DNA of 42,655 nt from a virus. The stretch is taken from UHGV virus genome UHGV-0324172; one strand, 5' to 3'. The first letter of the stretch is position 1. Every line of letters starts with the position of its first letter. The notes beneath the pieces are model-generated. The model worked only from the letters and a program-made list of their open reading frames with translations, ran no database searches and was not told where the DNA came from. Below are positions 35,958-42,655 of the stretch, one piece after another. A program made the translations under genes and the position numbers.

Positions 35958-36650
35958 GTGATATTTTTGAAACGCGAAATTCGGTTGTTAGATACTCAAG
36001 GAACTTCACACGGAAATTATGCGATAGAATTACCAAATTATTGTCCTTGGTGTAAATCTAAGATCAGTCCTTCTATATTAAGTTCAACTCCATTTGATAC
36101 AAGTAATAGAAATTTTCCAGTATCATTAACTCTACAATGCCCTAGTTGTAATAAGCACTTTTTGCAAACCTATAAGGTTACTTTGTCACCGGCAGGTTAC
36201 ATTAATGAACTTAAAATAGATAATGACAAACCTATGCCTGAAACATTGTTCGAATATCCAAGTGAAATTGATGAAATAAGTAAAGAATTCAAAAATATTA
36301 TTACCCAAAGTTCAAATGCAGAAGCTTTAAAATTTGATCATTTAGCTGGTATTGGATATAGAAAGGCTATTGAATTTCTTGTTAAAGATTATTTGATTAA
36401 ATGCAAAAATAAAGATGAAACTAAAATATCAAACCAACAACTTGGGAAATGCATTTCCGATATTGATGATACAAGAATTAATAATTTAGCACGCGCAGCT
36501 AGTTGGATTGGAAATGATGAAACGCATTATGTTAGAAAACACATTGATAAAGATGTTCAAGATTTAAAGAAATTTTTACACGCTTTAACCGCTTTAGTAA
36601 GTTTAGAAATTAGTATCTCTGAAGCAAGCGAATTTATTAATAAAGATTAA
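35958..36650 (+). CDS. Zn-ribbon (CPWC...CPSC) + DUF4145-like (putative HEPN-type) protein: lone plus-strand gene embedded in the minus-strand early operon. Candidate abortive-infection/defence or exclusion gene
   Basis: Two CxxC pairs near the N-terminus. C-terminal block AGIGYRKAIEFLVKDYLIK...ISDIDDTRINNLARAASWIGNDETHYV matches the DUF4145 pattern (R.A.E.L.KD...I..L...GN...H). Orientation opposite to all neighbours. GTG start. Confidence 0.55.
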   Translation: MIFLKREIRLLDTQGTSHGNYAIELPNYCPWCKSKISPSILSSTPFDTSNRNFPVSLTLQCPSCNKHFLQTYKVTLSPAGYINELKIDNDKPMPETLFEYPSEIDEISKEFKNIITQSSNAEALKFDHLAGIGYRKAIEFLVKDYLIKCKNKDETKISNQQLGKCISDIDDTRINNLARAASWIGNDETHYVRKHIDKDVQDLKKFLHALTALVSLEISISEASEFINKD

Positions 36651-36808
36651 ATATTTTTTTCAAATATAAATGTGCCATTTAAGTCATAATATCTTTCAAC
36701 TTTCCTAATAGGATCTTCGTTTCCATTACCTTTAAGACATATGATTTTAATTAATTTAACTACATCAACTGCTTCTGGTGGTTGATGTGTTATATCTCTT
36801 TTTTTCAT
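36647..36808 (-). CDS. Hypothetical small protein (53 aa), not in the supplied track
   Basis: Manual translation: MKKRDITHQPPEAVDVVKLIKIICLKGNGNEDPIRKVERYYDLNGTFIFEKNI. Strong RBS AAGGAAGG 9 nt upstream. Convergent 4-nt stop overlap (TTAA) with the plus-strand gene. Confidence 0.35.
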   Translation of the reverse strand: MKKRDITHQPPEAVDVVKLIKIICLKGNGNEDPIRKVERYYDLNGTFIFEKNI

Positions 36809-36836
36809 AGTATATTACCTTCCTTATTAGTTATTT

Positions 36837-37628
36837 TTAATTTCCATTTCTGATTGCTTGTACTACGTCCGTAATGCTAGGGTTTACAAATTTCTTATTT
36901 TTAATTGTTATATTGCTTGCATGTCTTATTTTGGTTTCAAATAAGTTAGAGGGTTCAGCGTTAAGTACATACTCATATGACTTTTGTCCGTTTTCCTCAT
37001 GCTCTTCAATTGTCATTCTTGCAAGTACATCTGATTGACTTACAACTGCTTTTCTTATTTGATCTTGTGCCTCAATCGTGATAGTGGGATTAATCGTGCT
37101 GCCTTCATCGTCTTTATCTTTGTTGATACCTTCATGACCGCTTATTGCTAAATGAAATTGATATTGTTCTTGTAACTTAGAAACATATCTGTACATATGC
37201 ACAATGCGTGTAGCACATTCTCCCCAATCATTGAATGTAGGCTTTTTTGTCTTACCATTCATGATGTCGTCAATAGTGATATCGCGTAGTTTCTGTATTG
37301 TTTCAATCACTACTACATCTATTCGTTTTCCGTTTTCTCTTAGTTTCTCAATTACTTGAGGTAGCATTTTTATTACATAAGCAAAATGTTTATAATTTTT
37401 TACTTGTACAACTGCACCATCTTCTGTAACTGTTGTTCCATCTTCATTAATATCAAGCACAAGTGCGTTGTTATCTTTTGTTAAAAAGGTTGTTTTACCT
37501 GTACCGAATTTTCCGTAGATAGCGAATTTATAAAATTTGTTAGCATTTTGTTTGCTGATATCTTTAACCCCTAGTTGAGTTAGGATATCTTGCTCTTGTT
37601 TTTCTTCAGTCATACTCAACCTCCTCAT
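36837..37628 (-). CDS. Sak4-like RecA-fold AAA ATPase (phage single-strand annealing/recombination ATPase)
   Basis: Walker A (AIYGKFGTGKTTF). Walker B-like (VVVIETIQ). Core-only RecA-like size (263 aa). Next to the SSB-like gene. Confidence 0.7.
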   Translation of the reverse strand: MRRLSMTEEKQEQDILTQLGVKDISKQNANKFYKFAIYGKFGTGKTTFLTKDNNALVLDINEDGTTVTEDGAVVQVKNYKHFAYVIKMLPQVIEKLRENGKRIDVVVIETIQKLRDITIDDIMNGKTKKPTFNDWGECATRIVHMYRYVSKLQEQYQFHLAISGHEGINKDKDDEGSTINPTITIEAQDQIRKAVVSQSDVLARMTIEEHEENGQKSYEYVLNAEPSNLFETKIRHASNITIKNKKFVNPSITDVVQAIRNGN

Positions 37629-37890
37629 ATTCAGTTGTTTCAGTTACTTTCTTTTTAATTGCTATGTGTTTTGTCATGTCGATACTCACATCTTCTAGTC
37701 CTGCAAATTCTCTTGCTCTCCGTCTATCTCTTGAATAAGAAGTATCTTCTTCGTTGTTAGGTTTATTAGTGATATACAAGTCAAAAGGAGCGTCTTTCAG
37801 TTTAATTAGATATGTCACTGTTTCTTTCAATGCCAACCACTCCTTTATGCAGCATGTCGATTGTTCTATCCATGACTTTAATTGTTTCAC
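37606..37890 (-). CDS. Hypothetical small early protein
   Basis: 94-aa ORF. Confidence 0.35.
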   Translation of the reverse strand: MKQLKSWIEQSTCCIKEWLALKETVTYLIKLKDAPFDLYITNKPNNEEDTSYSRDRRRAREFAGLEDVSIDMTKHIAIKKKVTETTEYEEVEYD

Positions 37891-38077
37891 TTTGTGTTTC
37901 GCATGATTCTATAGCTTTTCTGAAATCTTTTCTAAGTTCAAAATATCTATCGCACATATCTTCGTAACGTTTGTTTAAATAATCGTAATCGCTTTGCAAG
38001 AAATCTAAATCTGTTTGGCTCTTGATTAGTTGAGAGTATTCTTCTCTAGTCATCTTGACTGTGATTAACTCTTGCAT
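37802..38077 (-). CDS. Hypothetical small helical early protein
   Basis: 91-aa ORF. Overlaps the downstream ORF in another frame. Confidence 0.35.
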   Translation of the reverse strand: MQELITVKMTREEYSQLIKSQTDLDFLQSDYDYLNKRYEDMCDRYFELRKDFRKAIESCETQSETIKVMDRTIDMLHKGVVGIERNSDISN

Positions 38078-38414
38078 TTTCTCTCCTCCACTTGTATATT
38101 TAAGTTGTATATTTTAGTTAGTGTTTGACTGTTACTTGTTGGCGCAAGTTTCAGTCTTTTTTGTTATCTCAAGCCACTTCTCCCAGAAGAAACTGCTGAA
38201 AATAAGGGTTAACATTGAAAATGCTATTACCGTAAAGAAACCACCTCCTAAAAGTAATGTGATAATCATTGCGATAAACATCGTCATGTAGCTTAATAGA
38301 TATTTCATTTATCATCCTCTCCTTTCATTTCTAAAAGTTTTTCGATATATCCTCTCTCTAATGCGAAATCGAACAGCATTTGTTGAATGTGTTCAGGCAT
38401 TACAATCACTCCTT

Positions 38415-39155
38415 TTACTGACCGTTTTCAATCTTTGTTTCTAATTGTTTAATTCTGTACAACGTAGCTTGTGACGGGAACCAGTTAGCGACCATTGACA
38501 GAACATCATCAAAGTGTTTTTGTCTTACGTTTGTTCTTGATGTTGCGCCTGTCATCTTTTTGACTTCTGAATTGATATCTCGGAATAATTCACTTCGTTG
38601 TTTTTGATTTGTAATTGCATGTATCTTTTGGATATGAGCAACTCGTTGATTAATTGTTCTGGATAACAAGTTGTAATCTCCTGTGTCTAACTTTTGATTT
38701 TCTTTCAAATCAATAACATCTGCTTTAACTGTTGCGATTTCTTCTTTAGTTTGTTTTTGTGCGTCGAACATAAGTTGTAATGCGTCCATTGGATCACTAG
38801 GAACTTGATAAGAACCTGTTTTACGAATAGATGGTAATACTTCGTTAGTTATCCAACGTTTGAACGCTTTGGCTTTTTCTTTAATACTTCTATTGTTGCT
38901 TTGTCGTGCTGCGTCTATTACTAATGTGTACAAACCAGATTCATTAATTAAAGAAGCTTTTTGATATCTTCCGGTGCGGTCCTGAATTGGGACTACACGA
39001 ACATCTTCTTTATCGATATGATCTTGTATTGCTTTCGCTCCTCTTGAGTAACCTAAGATGTCAGCCACATCTTTTCCTACAAAGTAAGGTTCGTCGTCTA
39101 TGGATAACGTTCTTACTGGTAATTCTTCAAAATTGAATGTTTGTAATTCGTTCAT
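38415..39155 (-). CDS. ant: Antirepressor (BRO-N / Ant family)
   Basis: N-terminal BRO-N motif (FNFEELPVRTLSIDDEPYFVGKDVADILGY). 246 aa. Directly downstream of cro. Confidence 0.8.
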   Translation of the reverse strand: MNELQTFNFEELPVRTLSIDDEPYFVGKDVADILGYSRGAKAIQDHIDKEDVRVVPIQDRTGRYQKASLINESGLYTLVIDAARQSNNRSIKEKAKAFKRWITNEVLPSIRKTGSYQVPSDPMDALQLMFDAQKQTKEEIATVKADVIDLKENQKLDTGDYNLLSRTINQRVAHIQKIHAITNQKQRSELFRDINSEVKKMTGATSRTNVRQKHFDDVLSMVANWFPSQATLYRIKQLETKIENGQ

Positions 39156-39166
39156 AGTTACGCCTC

Positions 39167-39433
39167 CTAAAATTTCGGTTTTTCCGAATCATCGCCTAAA
39201 AAAATATCATCAACTTTGATTCCTAAAACTTCTGCTAATTTGTGTAAAGTTTTGAAATTAGCGTTCTGAACATTTTTTTGAGTTTCTTCAAGTCTGTAAA
39301 TAGTTCTTTCAGTAACTCCAGAATCCCTTGATAACTTAGCTTTGCTCATTCCTTTAAGTGATCTCCACTGACGAATTGTCAACTTAAGTTTTTCTTTTTC
39401 GTTTACTGTCATTTTGTTTAACACCCCTCTCAA
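39167..39433 (-). CDS. cro: Cro-like XRE HTH regulator (likely true start at the Met at 39412)
   Basis: HTH (LKGMSKAKLSRDSGVTERTIYRLE). Divergent from the cI-like gene. The RBS GAGAGGGG precedes the internal ATG rather than the first one. Confidence 0.7.
   Translation of the reverse strand: MRGVLNKMTVNEKEKLKLTIRQWRSLKGMSKAKLSRDSGVTERTIYRLEETQKNVQNANFKTLHKLAEVLGIKVDDIFLGDDSEKPKF
39174..39188. promoter_or_regulatory. Operator-like inverted repeat TTCGG-TTTTT-CCGAA between cro and ant
   Basis: Same half-sites and spacing as the TTCGG-TAATT-CCGAA site at 39457..39471 in the cI/cro intergenic region. Confidence 0.45.
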
Positions 39434-39578
39434 TCAAGTTAACTACATGATAACATTTCGGTAATTCCGAAGTCAATACTTTTATTTCATTTTTTTCGAA
39501 ATTATTTTCGGAAAATCTGTTGTACATTTCCGGAAATAATGTATAATATAGGTAGAAACTTTCCAGGAGGTACAACAA
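39434..39578. promoter_or_regulatory. Divergent cI/cro switch region: candidate promoters and operator palindromes
   Basis: Plus-strand promoter: -35 TTGTAC (39520..39525), 17-bp spacer, -10 TATAAT (39543..39548), RBS AGGAGG. Minus-strand promoter: -35 TTGACT (revcomp of 39471..39476) and -10 TATCAT (revcomp of 39446..39451). Palindromes: TTCGGTAATTCCGAA (39457..39471), TTTCGAAA (39493..39500), TTTTCGGAAAA (39506..39516), ATTTCCGGAAAT (39527..39538, between the -35 and -10). Confidence 0.6.
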
Positions 39579-39893
39579 ATGTTTAGTCAAAACCTAAAAT
39601 ACTTAAGAGAGAAAAAAGGAATGGAACAGCTGGACCTTGCAAAAGCATTAGGTAGAAAAAGTGCATCAAGTATTAGCGAATGGGAAAAAGGCAAATACAC
39701 ACCTAAGATGAAAACCTTAAATGAAATTTCTAAAATATTTAACGTGAACATTGATGATTTAATGACAAAAGATTTATCTAACAATCAAAAAACTGAAACG
39801 GTAGCAGCACATTTGGATTATTCAGATTTAACAGAGGAGGAACAAAAAGAAGTAGAGAATTTTATTGATTACATAAGAAACAGAAGAAAGTAA
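39579..39893 (+). CDS. cI-like XRE-family repressor (ImmR-like)
   Basis: N-terminal HTH_XRE (LREKKGMEQLDLAKALGRKSASSISEWEKGKYTPKMKTLNEISKIFNV). Followed by an ImmA-like protease gene. Confidence 0.75.
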   Translation: MFSQNLKYLREKKGMEQLDLAKALGRKSASSISEWEKGKYTPKMKTLNEISKIFNVNIDDLMTKDLSNNQKTETVAAHLDYSDLTEEEQKEVENFIDYIRNRRK

Positions 39894-39906
39894 GGGGAGA
39901 TAATAA

Positions 39907-40377
39907 GTGGGTAAATATGAAGATTTGATGATTAAATACGACCATTTACCTATTACAGAAACTAAATATATGCCAGACTTCATGTCCGGTCTGTATTTAG
40001 ACGGGGAAATATTTATCAATGATAATAGAAGTGTTAGGCAGAAGTTAGAAACTTTAGCAGAAGAAATAGCTCATCATAAGTTAACACACGGGAATATAAC
40101 AAACAGTGATGAGTACAACAATCGTAAGTTTGAGAATTATGCTAGACGTTACGCTAAAGAAACAGTGATTTCTTTAGACGGTTTAATAGAAGCACACAGA
40201 CGAGGAATCAACAGTCTTTATGAATTATCAGAGTTTTTCGAAGTTACGGAAGAATATGTTTTAGATTGTTTGAATCATTATAAAAGTAAATATGGTTTGT
40301 CTGTGATTCACAATGATCACACGATACATTTTGAACCATTAAGCGTTATCAAAAATAAAAGGAGAGATGCAGAATGA
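39907..40377 (+). CDS. ImmA/IrrE-family metalloprotease (anti-repressor protease)
   Basis: HEXXH-type motif (EEIAHHKLTH). 156 aa. Immediately downstream of the XRE repressor, the ImmR/ImmA arrangement. Confidence 0.7.
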   Translation: MGKYEDLMIKYDHLPITETKYMPDFMSGLYLDGEIFINDNRSVRQKLETLAEEIAHHKLTHGNITNSDEYNNRKFENYARRYAKETVISLDGLIEAHRRGINSLYELSEFFEVTEEYVLDCLNHYKSKYGLSVIHNDHTIHFEPLSVIKNKRRDAE

Positions 40378-41189
40378 AAAAGGTTATATTTTTTATTTTA
40401 AGTTGTTTGTTGGTACTAGGAGCATGTAGTAATAGCGGTAATAAAAGTACTACCGTTAGCGAAAATAAACCTCAATTTAAAAATGATACATTAGTATTAG
40501 ATCAAGCTGTTTTATATATTAAAGACGCGTTTATTATTAAAGATAAAGAATCTGGAAACAAAGAAATTGCTATCAAATATGAGGTTAAGAATAAAACTAA
40601 CAAAGAAGAAATAACACCGTCTAGCGTATGGACTGCAGGTGTAACAGTTAAACAAGATGAAGGAAGTACAGAAAGCGAATTAGACACAGGTATGACAGTT
40701 GTAGATAATGGTAAATACAAAGAATGGTTAGAACATTATAACGATACAATTAAAAAAGGCGAAAAAGCTAAAGGTTTAGCTACTTATCAATTAAAGAACG
40801 ACAATAAAGTAGTATTACATTTCTCTAAAGGTATTAGTGGAGATAAATTAGGTACTAAAGAATATGACTTATCTAAACTTAAAACTGTTGATTATTCATC
40901 AAACAAAGATTTAGAAAACACTTATCAAGAATCTTCTGCAAATGAAAACAATACAGATAACAACCAGTCTAGCGAAGTTGCTAATAATACTGAAAGTAAA
41001 GACACAAACACTAACGTACAAAGTAACACTCAAAAACAAGGAAATACTAATAAAGAACAAACACAACAATCTGCACCTAGAGAACATAGTGGCGGACACC
41101 CTTCTGCTTTCGGTGGCGAAGATGTTCCTGTAGGTACTGAAAAAGTTGATGATCAAGGAGAAAGTTATATAGACGCAACAGGTGAATAA
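40374..41189 (+). CDS. Prophage lipoprotein (DUF4352/DUF5067-like), candidate superinfection-exclusion factor
   Basis: Signal peptide with lipobox (LVLGACSNSG). Beta-rich central domain. Low-complexity N/T/Q-rich C-terminus. Located between the repressor cassette and the integrase. Confidence 0.65.
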   Translation: MKKVIFFILSCLLVLGACSNSGNKSTTVSENKPQFKNDTLVLDQAVLYIKDAFIIKDKESGNKEIAIKYEVKNKTNKEEITPSSVWTAGVTVKQDEGSTESELDTGMTVVDNGKYKEWLEHYNDTIKKGEKAKGLATYQLKNDNKVVLHFSKGISGDKLGTKEYDLSKLKTVDYSSNKDLENTYQESSANENNTDNNQSSEVANNTESKDTNTNVQSNTQKQGNTNKEQTQQSAPREHSGGHPSAFGGEDVPVGTEKVDDQGESYIDATGE

Positions 41190-41237
41190 AAAATGGGTAG
41201 CATGCCTACCCTTATTATTTTTTTACTTTTTTAAGGG

Positions 41238-42617
41238 GTGATGAATTATGAACGTAGCTATTTACGTTCGTGTCAGGTCAGTACATTAGAACAAAAAGAA
41301 CATGGATATTCTATTGAAGAACAAGAAAGAAAGCTCAAATCATTTTGCGAGATAAACGACTGGAGTGTATCAGACGTATTTATCGACGCTGGTTTCTCTG
41401 GCGCTAAGCGTGACAGACCGGAATTACAACGTATGATGAATGATATTAAACGGTTTGATTTAGTTTTAGTGTATAAGTTAGACAGGCTTACACGTAATGT
41501 GCGTGATCTACTTGATTTATTAGAGGTATTCGAACAGAATAACGTAGCATTCAGAAGTGCTACTGAAGTTTATGATACATCTACAGCTATGGGTAGACTG
41601 TTTGTTACGTTAGTTGGTGCTATGGCAGAGTGGGAAAGAGAAACCATTAGAGAGCGTGTTATGATGGGTAAACGCGCAGCGATTAAACAAGGTATGATAC
41701 TCACACCACCACCCTTTTATTATGATCGTGTAGATAACACTTACATTCCTAATGATTATAAAAAAGTAGTTTTATGGGCATACGACGAAGTGATGAAAGG
41801 TAATAGTTCAAAAGCTATAGCTAGAAAATTAAACGATTCAGATATACCACCTCCTAATGGCAAAAGGTGGGAAGATAGAACAATAACGAGAGCGCTAAGA
41901 AACCCTATAACAAGAGGTCATTATACTTGGGGAGATGTATTTATAGAAAACTCTCACGAGCCTATTATTACCGAAGAAATGTATCAACAAATAAAAGAAA
42001 GATTAGAAGAACGAATCAATACAAAAATAGTCAGTCACGTATCAGTGTTCAGAGGTAAATTTATTTGCCCGAGATGTGGTGGCACATTAACAATGAACAC
42101 AGCAACAAGAAAGAGAAAGAAAGGGTATGTTACTTATAAAACATATTATTGCAACACATGTAAGACTAAAAAACAAAGTTTCGGTTTTTCAGAGAATGAA
42201 GCATTGAGAGTGTTTCGTGATTACCTATCTAAACTAGACTTAGATAAATATGAAGTAAAGACAAAACAAAAAGACGATGTCGTTACTATTGATATAGACA
42301 AAATCATGGAACAACGTAAAAGGTATCATAAATTATATGCTAAAGGGTTAATGCAAGAAGAAGAATTATTTGAATTGATTAAAGAAACAGACGAAACAAT
42401 AGCAGAATATGAAAAGCAAAAAGAATTAGTACCCAGAAAATCACTAGATATAGATAAGATAAAAAAATTTAAAAATGCATTATTGGAATCATGGAAAATA
42501 TTCTCGTTGGAAGATAAAGCAGATTTTATTAAAATGGCTATTAAATCTATTGACATAGATTATGTAAAACTTAAAAACAGGCATTCTATCAAAATAAATG
42601 ATATAGAATTTTATTAA
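41238..42617 (+). CDS. int: Large serine recombinase (integrase); N-terminus disrupted by a 5-bp tandem duplication (possible pseudogene or sequencing error)
   Basis: Resolvase-type catalytic domain (VSTLEQ...YSIEEQ...VYKLDRLTRN), recombinase domain and Zn-ribbon (CPRCGG...CNTCK) plus C-terminal coiled-coil. The canonical MNVAIYVRVSTLEQ N-terminus is split across two frames by GTCAGGTCAG at 41272..41281. The track ORF starts at a GTG and reads MMNYERSYLRSCQVSTLEQ. Confidence 0.75.
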   Translation: MMNYERSYLRSCQVSTLEQKEHGYSIEEQERKLKSFCEINDWSVSDVFIDAGFSGAKRDRPELQRMMNDIKRFDLVLVYKLDRLTRNVRDLLDLLEVFEQNNVAFRSATEVYDTSTAMGRLFVTLVGAMAEWERETIRERVMMGKRAAIKQGMILTPPPFYYDRVDNTYIPNDYKKVVLWAYDEVMKGNSSKAIARKLNDSDIPPPNGKRWEDRTITRALRNPITRGHYTWGDVFIENSHEPIITEEMYQQIKERLEERINTKIVSHVSVFRGKFICPRCGGTLTMNTATRKRKKGYVTYKTYYCNTCKTKKQSFGFSENEALRVFRDYLSKLDLDKYEVKTKQKDDVVTIDIDKIMEQRKRYHKLYAKGLMQEEELFELIKETDETIAEYEKQKELVPRKSLDIDKIKKFKNALLESWKIFSLEDKADFIKMAIKSIDIDYVKLKNRHSIKINDIEFY

Positions 42618-42623
42618 CTTATG

Positions 42624-42639
42624 TACGGAAGTATAGACA
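42624..42639. repeat. Right terminal inverted-repeat arm TACGGAAGTATAGACA, candidate att half-site (P arm), 6 nt after the integrase stop
   Basis: Reverse complement (one mismatch) of 1..16. Confidence 0.5.
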
Positions 42640-42655
42640 CTCGATTAATATTTAA

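Larger units (their letters stand above)
1..42655. mobile_element. Temperate siphovirus genome of staphylococcal type (prophage or complete phage): lysis, tail, head, packaging, late regulators, early/replication, lysogeny switch and integrase modules
   Basis: Phi11/80alpha-like gene order. Recognisable terminase, portal, tape measure, endolysin, holin, cI/cro pair and serine recombinase. Low GC typical of Staphylococcus. Inverted repeats at both window ends next to the integrase. Confidence 0.85.

Noticed and set aside
39384-39590. 68-aa minus-strand ORF spanning the cro start and the operator/promoter region
   Set aside because: It overlaps the switch intergenic region containing both promoters and the cro gene in another frame. 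It has no RBS. The cro frame with HTH is far better supported.

Overview
Almost the whole window is one temperate siphovirus genome of staphylococcal type (about 33-34% GC, phi11/80alpha-like modular layout). It is either a prophage cut out at its attachment sites or a linearised phage genome. 63 of the 65 CDS features are on the minus strand; the two exceptions are the 35958..36650 plus-strand gene and the four-gene lysogeny cassette at 39579..42617. Read along the minus strand from high to low coordinates, the order is: a divergent cI/cro switch (39167..39893) with antirepressor; a replication module (Sak4-like ATPase, SSB-like protein, HNH protein, two XRE regulators, DnaD-like replisome organiser with internal ori iterons, DnaC-like loader); many small early genes including a dUTPase, an HNH homing endonuclease and a Lar-like Zn-ribbon protein; RinB/RinA-like late activators; then terS/terL/portal/head/tail genes, a tail-associated CHAP+glucosaminidase hydrolase, holin and a CHAP-amidase-SH3b endolysin; and finally, with its own promoter, a nuclease-like gene at the prophage end. 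On the plus strand at the right end sit a cI-like repressor, an ImmA-like protease, a lipoprotein and a large serine recombinase (integrase). Items worth a second look: (1) a lone plus-strand Zn-ribbon + DUF4145-like gene (35958..36650) with its own -10 element inside the minus-strand replication operon, a candidate defence/abortive-infection insert; (2) a 5-bp tandem duplication (GTCAG GTCAG, 41272..41281) that frameshifts the conserved N-terminus of the serine integrase; (3) 16-bp inverted repeats at the two extreme ends of the window (1..16 and 42624..42639), consistent with the P/P' arms of a serine-integrase att site; (4) a Zn-ribbon/PD-(D/E)XK-like/NUMOD-like nuclease gene (246..1172) forming its own promoter-gene unit between the endolysin terminator and the left end; (5) a 448-bp structured non-coding leader between the RinA-like gene and terS containing two intrinsic terminators and repeats; (6) operator palindromes (TTCGG-N5-CCGAA, TTTCCGGAAA) in the switch region whose core also appears in the ori iterons; (7) several short ORFs missing from the supplied track (RinB-like, XkdX-like, others).
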